Positions 17,998 to 27,800 of a stretch of 64,000 nt of DNA are shown here, piece by piece (positions within the stretch are counted from its first letter, which is position 1; each line of letters opens with the position of its first letter). The stretch is from IMG/VR virus record IMGVR_UViG_2830022421_000002, positions 4,013 to 68,012 of that record; one strand, given 5' to 3'. The notes under the pieces are model-generated. The model was not told the origin of the DNA. It did not search any database and saw nothing but the letters and a program-made list of their open reading frames with translations. Made by a program: the position numbers and the translations under genes. Source of the stretch: a virus (lineage: Duplodnaviria > Caudoviricetes).

Positions 17998-18024
17998 CGC
18001 TTATTTATGAAAACAAGCGGGGAT
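17993..18024 (-). terminator. Intrinsic terminator of the 18060-18353 gene
   Basis: ATCCCCGCTT/AAGCGGGGAT stem followed by a T-run on the minus strand. Confidence 0.7.
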
Positions 18025-18059
18025 AATAATATTTAATATGACTATAAAAATATTTTATG

Positions 18060-18353
18060 CTATTCCACCCCACACCTCAATATCAGCATAAAATCATAAT
18101 AAGTAACATACCCATAAGAGATCAGAGCCCGGGCTTCATCATCTGATATGTTTTTATACTTCATAAGGAAAGAAATAAAGGGAACTCCCAATAATGACAG
18201 ATCGACAAGATCTTCAGTGTCTAAAACATCTTTTTCTCGGACTGAGTGCATAATATCTTCAATCATTACCTGTAGTTCGATGCGCTTTAATATATCATTG
18301 GGCTTAATTTGTAATGCCAGGCTACTGGATATGTATTCTATCTGATCTTCCAA
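18060..18353 (-). CDS. Hypothetical moron protein, 97 aa
   Basis: Upstream TAATTTTG box (~18367-18374) and its own terminator. Confidence 0.55.
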   Translation of the reverse strand: MEDQIEYISSSLALQIKPNDILKRIELQVMIEDIMHSVREKDVLDTEDLVDLSLLGVPFISFLMKYKNISDDEARALISYGYVTYYDFMLILRCGVE

Positions 18354-18456
18354 ATTATTTTTATTTGCAAAATTACTCTATAGATACGATAAATACCGAA
18401 TCAATTAAATATCTTTAAGATGTAAATAAGCGATCAACTAACAAAAAACAATAAAT

Positions 18457-18822
18457 ATGAAACTTTGGAAATTAAGTGGGGTTTTTATGATTGGTATAAT
18501 ATCTTTCATTGTGATTAGTTGTGCGAACAAAGGCAATAATATTGAAGGCAAATGGGTGAGTGAGGCTCAACATGATTATGAAAATCATATTGTATATATT
18601 TTCACTAACAGCAAATATCAGGTAATCATAAATGGAGAAGAGGAAGGGTTACCCCTTTCATACAAAATAGAGGGTGATACCATCATTATGGATAGAGGTG
18701 AGCATTGGGTTCCAATTGTAGGTGTTCAAAATAGATATATAAAAGAATCATTTTCTATTTCTAAAGGAATTGAAGGTACGACTCTTGCATTCGGCTATTT
18801 AACATTAAAAAAAGTAGAATAA
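18457..18822 (+). CDS. Lipocalin-like lipoprotein, 121 aa
   Basis: Lipobox VISC, IEGKW motif. Confidence 0.65.
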   Translation: MKLWKLSGVFMIGIISFIVISCANKGNNIEGKWVSEAQHDYENHIVYIFTNSKYQVIINGEEEGLPLSYKIEGDTIIMDRGEHWVPIVGVQNRYIKESFSISKGIEGTTLAFGYLTLKKVE

Positions 18823-18839
18823 TATACTATAATCGTGTT

Positions 18840-19466
18840 ATGAGATACATTATTATACTGCTATCTTTTTTAAGTATTTCTTTATATTCCCAGAATACAA
18901 TCAGAGGGAAAGTAGTTAAAATATCCGATGGAGATACTGTTGTATTGCGGGATAGTACAAATACTCAACACCGTATTCGGCTTGATGGCATTGATTGCCC
19001 GGAAAGGGGACAAGCCTTTGGGAATGTAGCCACTAATTTTACCCGTGGTATTTGCGCAGGAAAAGATATTATTGTCGATATAATAGGATATGACAGATAT
19101 AAACGAATACTGGGAGTAGTCTGGGTTGAAGATGTGAACCTGAATGAAGAGCTATTAAAGGCTGGTTTAGCCTGGCGTTACAAGTATAACAAATCCGAAG
19201 AATATCATCGATTAGAACAAGAAGCTAGAAAAAACAGAAAGGGACTGTGGGTTGATAAAGAACCTATAGCTCCATGGGATTTCAGAAAGAAAGGACAAAA
19301 TACTATATCAGTCGGAGTATCGTATGTATATAAAGCAAAGTCTAATATCTATCATAGAAGAAAAGATTGTCCGGAACTGACCAAATATAAATCAGACATC
19401 AATAAAATAGATATAAAAGAAGCAAAAAGGAACAATTTGTACCCTTGTACAATGTGCTCCAAATAG
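18840..19466 (+). CDS. Secreted thermonuclease (SNase family) with a C-terminal Cys/His metal-binding domain, 208 aa
   Basis: Signal peptide, DGDT, IRLDGIDCPE, DRYKRIL, GLAWRY, RKGLW; YHRRKDC...PCTMC. Confidence 0.9.
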   Translation: MRYIIILLSFLSISLYSQNTIRGKVVKISDGDTVVLRDSTNTQHRIRLDGIDCPERGQAFGNVATNFTRGICAGKDIIVDIIGYDRYKRILGVVWVEDVNLNEELLKAGLAWRYKYNKSEEYHRLEQEARKNRKGLWVDKEPIAPWDFRKKGQNTISVGVSYVYKAKSNIYHRRKDCPELTKYKSDINKIDIKEAKRNNLYPCTMCSK

Positions 19467-19481
19467 TTATTTCTGCTTCTT

Positions 19482-20150
19482 TTATATCTTTTTTATAAAG
19501 TCATTATTTATTTGGTAGGCGTCCATTCTACTGGCATCGAAAGGCTTTAGTAGATCAGTGATATCCTCTTTTGTCAGTTTAGGATCAATCCACTTGAGTT
19601 CATCTTCCTTTGACAATATAGCCGGCATTCGCTTTTTTGCGTTATGTATTTGTGCTGTCAACGGGTTAGCTTCAGTTGTTATGATTGAGAAAGTATGCAG
19701 TACCTCTCCTGTTTCTTTGTTTTGCCATATATCATATATTACGGCCATAGAGAATATCTCTTCATCCTTCAGGAAGATAAAGTAAGGTGTTTTTGTTTTA
19801 TCTGCGTTGTGATGCCATTCGAAATATCCGGTACTGGGAACTATGCAGCGGTGAGACTTAACCGATTCCCTGAACGATGGTTTTTCGAATACGGTTTCCG
19901 CTTTGGCGTTATATGTCATTTTTCTTATCTGCTCGGCATCGGCTTCTGTCTTTTCCCAGAACGGTATTAATCCCCACTTCATCACCTGTATCTGTGGATC
20001 ATTCGTTATGACAGGGTAATAGGGATTCGAAAAAACATTCACATGATACTCTTCCATTATCTCTTTGTAGATTTCTACTACGTCAATTTTAAGGCCATAT
20101 CTGGCCGCAAGTTTTTGAGCCTTTGCACTTATGGAGTTGTGGAAACACAT
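19482..20150 (-). CDS. SOS response-associated peptidase (SRAP/HMCES/YedK family), 222 aa
   Basis: N-terminal MC, MKWGLIP, NAKAET, RCIVPSTGYFEW, RMPAIL. Confidence 0.9.
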   Translation of the reverse strand: MCFHNSISAKAQKLAARYGLKIDVVEIYKEIMEEYHVNVFSNPYYPVITNDPQIQVMKWGLIPFWEKTEADAEQIRKMTYNAKAETVFEKPSFRESVKSHRCIVPSTGYFEWHHNADKTKTPYFIFLKDEEIFSMAVIYDIWQNKETGEVLHTFSIITTEANPLTAQIHNAKKRMPAILSKEDELKWIDPKLTKEDITDLLKPFDASRMDAYQINNDFIKKI

Positions 20151-20232
20151 AGCTTTTATTGATTATAACAGCTATAAAGATATTAGTGTTTATTCATTTT
20201 TGCTATCTTCGTGTATAAAACTAACATCAATT

Positions 20233-20610
20233 ATGAAAAAACTACTTTACTTGCTTTTATTTATGCCCTTTGTTATGTCCTGTGGTGGTGACAGCACTGA
20301 TTTCAACCCGGTAAAAGGGAAATGGAGACACAATGATACAACTGGAGATTATAGCATTAAAATATACAGTGAAGATTTTTCACTTGTTGAATATTATTAT
20401 TCTGAGGATGATGAATTAATAAGAACATATTCAAAAGAATCATATAAAATAGATAAGGAGCATATTTACATGACAATCAAAAGGGATAATAATACAACTC
20501 ATGATACTGCTTTTAAATATGAAATTGTAAAGTCAGAAGGCAAAAGGATATTAAGAATATATGATTATCCATTTAATCATACTTACCAAGAATGGCACGA
20601 GGTAGAATAA
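20233..20610 (+). CDS. Lipocalin-like lipoprotein (probable start MKKLLYLLL at 20233)
   Basis: Lipobox VMSC followed by acidic GGDSTD, then VKGKW. Confidence 0.65.
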   Translation: MKKLLYLLLFMPFVMSCGGDSTDFNPVKGKWRHNDTTGDYSIKIYSEDFSLVEYYYSEDDELIRTYSKESYKIDKEHIYMTIKRDNNTTHDTAFKYEIVKSEGKRILRIYDYPFNHTYQEWHEVE

Positions 20611-20642
20611 AAAAAGGAGTACTCCATCGAGCACTCCTTTTT
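20611..20642. terminator. Bidirectional terminator
   Basis: AAAAAGGAGT/ACTCCTTTTT between converging genes. Confidence 0.65.
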
Positions 20643-20660
20643 ATTATGTAATATAGTGTA

Positions 20661-20957
20661 TTAACAAGTTGTTAAAAGAGCTTCATAGTCATTGAAATAT
20701 TTTATTATTCTTTCGACTTGAGTTTTCAAAATGTTTCTAAATTTAAAACTTTTTTTGGTCTTTTCAACCCCATACATATCCATAAGAGCTCCCAGAGATG
20801 TATTTAAGAAATTAGTAGGAACTGACTCAACATCGGTCATATCAATAATAATTATCTCATCTCTAGAAACTGCATCTTTGGCCATTTCAAAAACTATATT
20901 CCCACTTTGAACATAGTTATGATTTTCCAATAAATCGTGTAAAATTACAGTTTGCAT
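20661..20957 (-). CDS. STAS-like (DUF4325-type) protein, 98 aa
   Basis: SGNIVF...IIIDMTDVESVPTNFLNTSLGAL pattern. Confidence 0.75.
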   Translation of the reverse strand: MQTVILHDLLENHNYVQSGNIVFEMAKDAVSRDEIIIIDMTDVESVPTNFLNTSLGALMDMYGVEKTKKSFKFRNILKTQVERIIKYFNDYEALLTTC

Positions 20958-20969
20958 TTTATTATATTT

Positions 20970-21863
20970 TTAAGAGATCATTATTTCATCTTCAATATCT
21001 TTTAAAGGAAAATTGTCAGTTGATAACTCAAAGTAAATCAAAGTTCCTCTAAATTCAAAATCTAGGTCAAAATATTTAATGTTATTTTTATTTCCAAAAC
21101 AAGTTAATAGAGCTTTATTACTTACTATTCTAAAATTATCTTCATTACTAATAGTAGAAAGTATATTATCAAGTCCCATGCCTTTATTGCCCATTGTACT
21201 CTTTGCTGTAACTCCTATATTCAAAGAATCTCTCAATGCAAGTGAATCACTTTCATACACTTTATTTGACCTTTTAAGTGTTGTCGCAATTCCCAATCCA
21301 AAATCACATGCAGCTATATGTATTTTACCTTGCACAGGATTATAAGAAATGTAGGAAAATGCATTCCCATCTGATTGCGAATGATCTGCAATGTTTGCAT
21401 AAACTTCATTTAAAGCACTACTTAATGCCGATGTATCTAAATCATGAAAATAATTATTCTTAAAATAATTAGATACAGACAAGCTATAAGCATATGTTTC
21501 ACTTTCTACAACTTTCCATAAATTTAAAATTTTACTATCTTCAGACTCCTCATGATTTGAAGGACATTCATCTTCAAAATATTTATGAATTTTTATTTTG
21601 TCTCCAATAATATCTAAAACATCATCATCTTCAGTGTAAATTGTTATTTTAGAACAAATTTGTTTATTCAAATGTTCGAGGAAACATGAGAGTAAAACTA
21701 TATGAAAAGGTTCGAAATTTTCAACTTTTATATCTTCTGGTAAAATTAATTTAATTTCTGTTGCCAAGTTATCACTATTTAACAACTCTATATATCTTAT
21801 TATGTCATAAAGCCATACTCCTCTACTGCAACTGCTTAATGAAATAGTCAAGGTATTCTCCAT
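20970..21863 (-). CDS. GHKL/HATPase_c histidine-kinase-like ATPase, 297 aa
   Basis: N box EVYANIADHS, G1 CDFGLGI, G2 GMGL; own TATCTTTG box at 21877-21884. Confidence 0.75.
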   Translation of the reverse strand: MENTLTISLSSCSRGVWLYDIIRYIELLNSDNLATEIKLILPEDIKVENFEPFHIVLLSCFLEHLNKQICSKITIYTEDDDVLDIIGDKIKIHKYFEDECPSNHEESEDSKILNLWKVVESETYAYSLSVSNYFKNNYFHDLDTSALSSALNEVYANIADHSQSDGNAFSYISYNPVQGKIHIAACDFGLGIATTLKRSNKVYESDSLALRDSLNIGVTAKSTMGNKGMGLDNILSTISNEDNFRIVSNKALLTCFGNKNNIKYFDLDFEFRGTLIYFELSTDNFPLKDIEDEIMIS

Positions 21864-22014
21864 AAATTATTTTTTGCAAAGATAATAAATTTAATATATT
21901 TTATATTAATATTAACACTCTCGGCTTAACCATATTACTAAAGAGACCTATTCAGTCTCTTTTCTTATTTTAGTATCTTTTTCATACCTTTACCGAAACT
22001 AAATTCAATAATTC

Positions 22015-22416
22015 ATGAAAAAAATACTCACATTATTACTTATATTCCCTCTATTTATCGCCTGCGGTGACGATGACGAAGACACAACTCCAGAACCTGA
22101 TTATATTACGAATGAGGATATTGTTGGGTATTGGAATCAAATAGATGGAAAAAATCACTTTGAATTCACTAAAAATGGTGGACTGATATGGCGACAATCT
22201 TTATCAGGGCAAACACCTAGTGTTGTGGGTACTGCCGATTTCAAGTTAACTAAAGACATAATTGTTTTATTTGATTTTGAATCATATGGTACAGGACCAA
22301 TTGGACTAAAACTTACAGAAAACATTTATTATTCTATTGATACAGATTCAGATCCTTACAGATTATCAGTTTGGAATAAAGATAAAGAACCGTTGGTTTT
22401 CGAACTAAGAAGATAA
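22015..22416 (+). CDS. Lipocalin-like lipoprotein, 133 aa
   Basis: Lipobox FIAC followed by GDDDED, then IVGYW. Confidence 0.65.
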   Translation: MKKILTLLLIFPLFIACGDDDEDTTPEPDYITNEDIVGYWNQIDGKNHFEFTKNGGLIWRQSLSGQTPSVVGTADFKLTKDIIVLFDFESYGTGPIGLKLTENIYYSIDTDSDPYRLSVWNKDKEPLVFELRR

Positions 22417-22423
22417 AAGGGGA

Positions 22424-24835
22424 TTATCCATCTCCTAATTTTTTAAGCATTATTTCGCACTGTTCTGTTTTGTCTCTTCCATAGTTCTTGCTCAGGGCTT
22501 TAGTATACCCTTCATACTGCTGTCCCCTGTAAGTCAGCCTTATCAGCCCGTTAGCCTTGCTTATATCCGGCAAATCTTCATATTGTGCCAGTTCAAAAAC
22601 GCCATTGGCAGGATAAAACAATTTATCTGCTACTGCTATGTCCTGATACATATTCACTCCGTTACTGATCATAGACCGCCTGTATCCGTCAGTACTCGAA
22701 AATAGAAGCTGATCGCCCGATATACCAAATAATGCCAGGTTCTGAATCGCCAGATAATAAGGATTTATGGCAGCGTTAAACAAGCGTATGCCGCTGCTTA
22801 TCATTTCAATGTCCCTGTTTGTTACATATTTGTCCTCTTGTTCGGTCAGGTGTGCCACAAATACATTGTTGTCGCTGCGGGTGTCTTTGGTGCTGCCCCT
22901 TAGCCAGCAAAGAGTCTCTATGCCTATGCTGTCAGCCCTGTATGGTGATGAAAAATCGGCTTCATTCTTCATGTGCGATATAAACCCTGTCGTATACTCA
23001 AACAATCCATTCGGTTCAAGCAACCCGTTTACCGATTCAATGTCTTTGCCCGAATACCCTGTTTTTATATTGCTGTACATATATTCCACGTCCGATTCAA
23101 TAAAGAAGTTCGACACCTCTCCCGGATTGTATTCCTGTGCTATTTCATCAGTAAAAAACCGTTCCCTTTTCTTAAACACCACCCGGTAATCTTCATAGGA
23201 CGATTCATACCCGAATGCGACCAACCATTTATTAAAATCGTTGTATGATGTATGGAAACAGGCTTCTTCCATTCCACGCAATGTTTCCCCAGCTATCAGC
23301 TTAAAAGGTTTATCGGCTTCGTTTTCCCATTCTATTTCAACTATATATTGCCTCTGCCTTCCGGTTATATTGTCCATCAGCGCCTGCCCTAACCTTACAG
23401 GATCGGCTACGTCCAAGTCGATGTTTGATGGCGAGGATGGCCACTGCACATTCATTTCCTCAAAGTTAGATACGGTCAGTGTATGGTTTTCGAGGACGCT
23501 TTCTCGATATATAAGCAACAGTTCTTCTTCGGCTTCCAGCTCTATATCAATGCTGGTGTTTACCGATTTTGTTGTTATATTCAAAGATTCATTGTATACA
23601 AATCCCCCCAGCCCGGGAGTAACAGCTGTTAGGTCGCTAAACTTAGTGTCCCCCGGCTTTTTCTTGTACAATGTTATCGATGCACCCCTAGCCACAGCGT
23701 TACCGTCAATTGTCAGGTCAAACTTCAGGTTACAGGTAAACAGTCCTTTTACCTCGCACCTGAAAAAATGGTTGTCACTCAGGTTATCATTATTCACCTG
23801 TCCCGGTGATTGCGTCCGTCCCGATCCTTTGGATTCTCCTGCTATGACATCGGCCGTCTTAAAACTCACAAGCATATAGTTTGTAAAGTATACAGGATAT
23901 TCTGTTTCAGCTATTTCATAATATATCCCCTGTGTCAATGGTATCCTGTCAAAGTCCCATTTTTTCGCATCGGCCACACTACTCACAGGGATATCATATT
24001 TTACGCTGCCCAATGAGTTTATGTAGTCCTGTATCTTTTCGGCTGTCCCCATCAGTATTACAGTTTGGTCATATTGCTTGTAAGTAGTAAAATCAAGCTC
24101 CACGGTCTTTAAAGGATAATATCCTTTCGCGTTCTGCCTGTGCCTCCTGTACAGGTCAAGCCTTGCCTGCGCATATACATTCTTCTCAATAAACATCATC
24201 CGGAACAATTCTTTTGCCCCGCCGCCAAATACAATAGGCTCCGAGAAGTTAAGCTCCACCCCCGAAAGGTTATTTCTCAATTGCTTCACGGTCATATCCT
24301 GCCAGTTTATAACCGACATGTTCCTCAAATTATCAGTATATCCCTCATTGCCGCTAACCAGAATAACCGGAGCAAGTGATACCTCGATATCAATAAACGG
24401 CCGGCCGATATTCACCTCTCTGTAGACTGGGAAGTACAACGCTTTTGTCCCTTTTGGAGCCAGAAAGGTATATTTATATGCACCCGCAGCGACAACAGTA
24501 AACGACGCCAGCACATTCGCATCTTCCGAATTTGCGTCAAGAGCTATTATTTCGGCTTCATTATCATTGATATATCCCCTGTATCTTACCTGCATATCTT
24601 CCTCAAAGTCCACATCTAACATAAACACGGCGTAATTAGGGTTATCCACACGATATATTTTATTGTTTACATCTGTTTTGTAATAGAATAAATACCTCCA
24701 CACGGCGTCTGTGTCTTTATATACTTTTCTGTTAAGCCCTGTCAGTTCAAATTTCAACAAGGGTTTTGTAATAAAGTTGGCCATATATCTTTCTCCCTCA
24801 ATACGTAGCCTCTTAATCAATTCAGTTATTTCCAT
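22424..24835 (-). CDS. Tail (tip/hub) protein, 803 aa
   Basis: Directly after the tape measure gene, overlapping it. Confidence 0.55.
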   Translation of the reverse strand: MEITELIKRLRIEGERYMANFITKPLLKFELTGLNRKVYKDTDAVWRYLFYYKTDVNNKIYRVDNPNYAVFMLDVDFEEDMQVRYRGYINDNEAEIIALDANSEDANVLASFTVVAAGAYKYTFLAPKGTKALYFPVYREVNIGRPFIDIEVSLAPVILVSGNEGYTDNLRNMSVINWQDMTVKQLRNNLSGVELNFSEPIVFGGGAKELFRMMFIEKNVYAQARLDLYRRHRQNAKGYYPLKTVELDFTTYKQYDQTVILMGTAEKIQDYINSLGSVKYDIPVSSVADAKKWDFDRIPLTQGIYYEIAETEYPVYFTNYMLVSFKTADVIAGESKGSGRTQSPGQVNNDNLSDNHFFRCEVKGLFTCNLKFDLTIDGNAVARGASITLYKKKPGDTKFSDLTAVTPGLGGFVYNESLNITTKSVNTSIDIELEAEEELLLIYRESVLENHTLTVSNFEEMNVQWPSSPSNIDLDVADPVRLGQALMDNITGRQRQYIVEIEWENEADKPFKLIAGETLRGMEEACFHTSYNDFNKWLVAFGYESSYEDYRVVFKKRERFFTDEIAQEYNPGEVSNFFIESDVEYMYSNIKTGYSGKDIESVNGLLEPNGLFEYTTGFISHMKNEADFSSPYRADSIGIETLCWLRGSTKDTRSDNNVFVAHLTEQEDKYVTNRDIEMISSGIRLFNAAINPYYLAIQNLALFGISGDQLLFSSTDGYRRSMISNGVNMYQDIAVADKLFYPANGVFELAQYEDLPDISKANGLIRLTYRGQQYEGYTKALSKNYGRDKTEQCEIMLKKLGDG

Positions 24836-27800
24836 AATTCATATTTTTATTTATTATATAATTTCCTGAAGTAGTAATAAATGTGGATTTTGGTAATCTT
24901 GGATTTCCTTTTGCTATTTTCTTCAACAGATGGTTGTTTTCTTCCTGTAGCTGTATTTGCCTTTTATTTTCGGCTACTACTATTTTATCCTGTGCTTTTC
25001 TATCTATCAAATGTGTCATCGCCATCAATGGCAATGCTTTTTCCATATCAGGCAGTACAACTGTATGTTTAGGCAGATCTACAAGGGTAGGGGTTTTAGG
25101 TGTTACAAACACTTCTCCTGAAGGTGTGATAATCAATTCACTACGCCCGCCATCTCCGACAATAGCACGGCCTCCTTTATGGTCGTCAGTTCCCTCTGCG
25201 TATTCAGGGATGCTCTGTGCGCTTATGGTTGTAGCCTGAACAGCAGCAGATGCCAAAACAATAGGGATTTGAGCATAAGCAACAGCGGCAAGGGCAGCAG
25301 TTACAGGATTTGCAGCTAAGACAGCGGCTTGCGCCCTTATTTTTCCAACAGCCATGGCAGTCTCAACAGCTAACTGTAATAATGCCATTTGTTTCTCTCG
25401 TTCTGCCTGATCACGCTGTATTTTCTTCTTCCGTTCTTCAATAGCGTTTTCCCTTTCTTCAGACTGTTGTTCAATAATTAGTCTTTGCGCTTCGGCCTGT
25501 TGTTCAGTCAATACCCCGGAATTTTCTTTTTCCTGAATCTTTCTAAGTTCGCCTTCTCTCCATTTATCGTTATCCTGGCTTTCCTGTTCTAGTTTTTGCA
25601 GATTCCTTTCTGTTTCCGCTCTTCCTAACGCCCCCACTAACTCAAACGACTGCTTATACAAATCTTCCAACAGTTTTTTTCTTTCATCTGCCAGCTTCTT
25701 TTCTACATCCAGCCTTTTCTTTGCTGCATCTTCATCATCCTTTATCTTTTGCTGGTTGATAGACTTGTTGTATTTTACTTCGGCATCAAGGATTTTTTTT
25801 TCAATTTCGGACACTTCCTTTGAGGTTTCTCCCAACTCGTAATATTGCTCCTGTAATTGGTGAAGTTGCTCTCCTGCTTTTCCGTCTCTGTCTACATCTA
25901 CAGCTATTACAATGCCTTTATTATCAGCTGCAAGTATATCATCAGCACCATCCAAAATATTATCTATATAGTCTTCTAATTCGCCTTGAGACAAAACTGT
26001 GCCATCCGGAAGTATAGGAGTTACTAATATTTCTATTTCTTTTCCATTGCTGTCTATTATACCATATTGGGAACTGAAAACAGTTGCAATACCCTCTCCT
26101 GCATCTTCCCATCCTTTTTCTACTAATTTTGCAGCATCTACCAATGGACGAGAAAGAAGATCAACATTTCCTTGAAATAATTCTGACATTTTTGTCCCTG
26201 CAAATTCTTTTTGTGATGATTTGTATAAATCTATTACCAATCGCAAAGAATCCACTTCCGCATCGAAACGCTTTTTCGCGAAATGCTTACTCAAATTAAG
26301 TTTACTTTTTTCATATTCTTCTTGACTTATAACTCCCTGCGCTAATTGATCTGATAGTAATTTAAATGATTCGCTTTCTCCTGAATCTATAAATCTGATC
26401 CGTTCATTATACGCATCATTCAGTACCTTTTGCTGCTGTGTAACATAATCTTTTGTTATCTGCTCACGGAACTTAGCACCCTCTTGGTCTATTTTGGCAA
26501 GTTCGGCCTGCTTCTTCAGGTTTATAAGTTCTATTTGAGACTTCGTAAGGTTTTCTGTCTTCAGCTGATTAGCCGCCGCCGTTTCAATGGATAGTTTCTG
26601 ATTACTAATAAAATGATTAAGAGCCGCTTCTCTGTCTTGAAATGACCTCTTATTATCATTTAGGATTTGTTTTTGCGCTTCGGCTCTTTGCTGTATTTCA
26701 AATAAAGCTAATTCTTCATATGCTTTCTTTTCGGCTTCAGCTCGTTTTTTTATTTCTTCAGCTCGTTTTTTATCTGCATTTGTCTTTTTATTTAATGCAT
26801 CTATCCCTGTTGTTAATGCGGCAGCTTCAGATAAAAAGGCAGCTTCAAGTCCATTATATGACTCTGCAAGATCATCAGATATATTTTTTTCATCTTTAAG
26901 TGTATCTATATAGCCATTTATGATTTCTTCCTCTGTACCAACTTTCCCACTCCTTAAATCAAAAGATTGCCATCTTGCTTTAATCGTTTCCCATAAAGTT
27001 AATCCATGCTCTGATTTTTGGTCTATTTCAGCCTGCTTTAGTATGGATTTTCTATATTCTTCAGCAGCTAAGCTGGCGGCGGCGGCAGCCTTAGCTCTTA
27101 ATGCAAGCGACTTAATAAATCTTTCGGTATCATCTCTAAAAAATTTCTCTGCACTGGAAACGTTATTTATCTCTAATCCTAAGCTATTAAATTCATTTTT
27201 ATTATTCTTTATAAATTTTTCCTTCTCTTGTAAACTATCCCCCAAAGAATCCCATTGTAATTTTAGTCGACTCACCAATGCAATTTGACTACTAAATGTA
27301 GATGAAGTATTTTCTAAAGAGGTGTTGAACTCTCTAAGTCCTTTTTCTATTTTTTGTGTCGAATCATACCATTCTTGTAGTGCTTTAACTCCTAAATAAA
27401 TGGCACCTATCAAAGCAATAATCCCTATTATCTGTAATGCAGTGGCTGCTTTTGTGGTAATATTTAAAGACTTGGCTAATTTGCCATTAATATCTATCCA
27501 TGCATTTTTTAATGGTGATATTTGTTGAATTTTATTAATTATAACCCCCAATTTAGGATCAAGAAGGCTGATGGTCTTTGTTAGGTCTCTTACGGCAATA
27601 TCATATTTACCAACATCCAGCTGGTGTTTTCCTGTGGCTTTCTGAAGGTTTGACATTTGCTCATATAAAGCCTTTGATTGTACTTCAAGCTGGCGCTTTA
27701 TCTCAATGTTATCGCCTTCGGCCTCACCCATCTGGTTTATCCTTATCTTTAACAGGTAATACTGTGCAGATATATTTTCATAACTACCAACAGCAGAGTT

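Noticed and set aside
19467-19500. Homopolymer frameshift at the SRAP 3' end
   Set aside because: The alternative frame adds only a few residues and all SRAP motifs are upstream.
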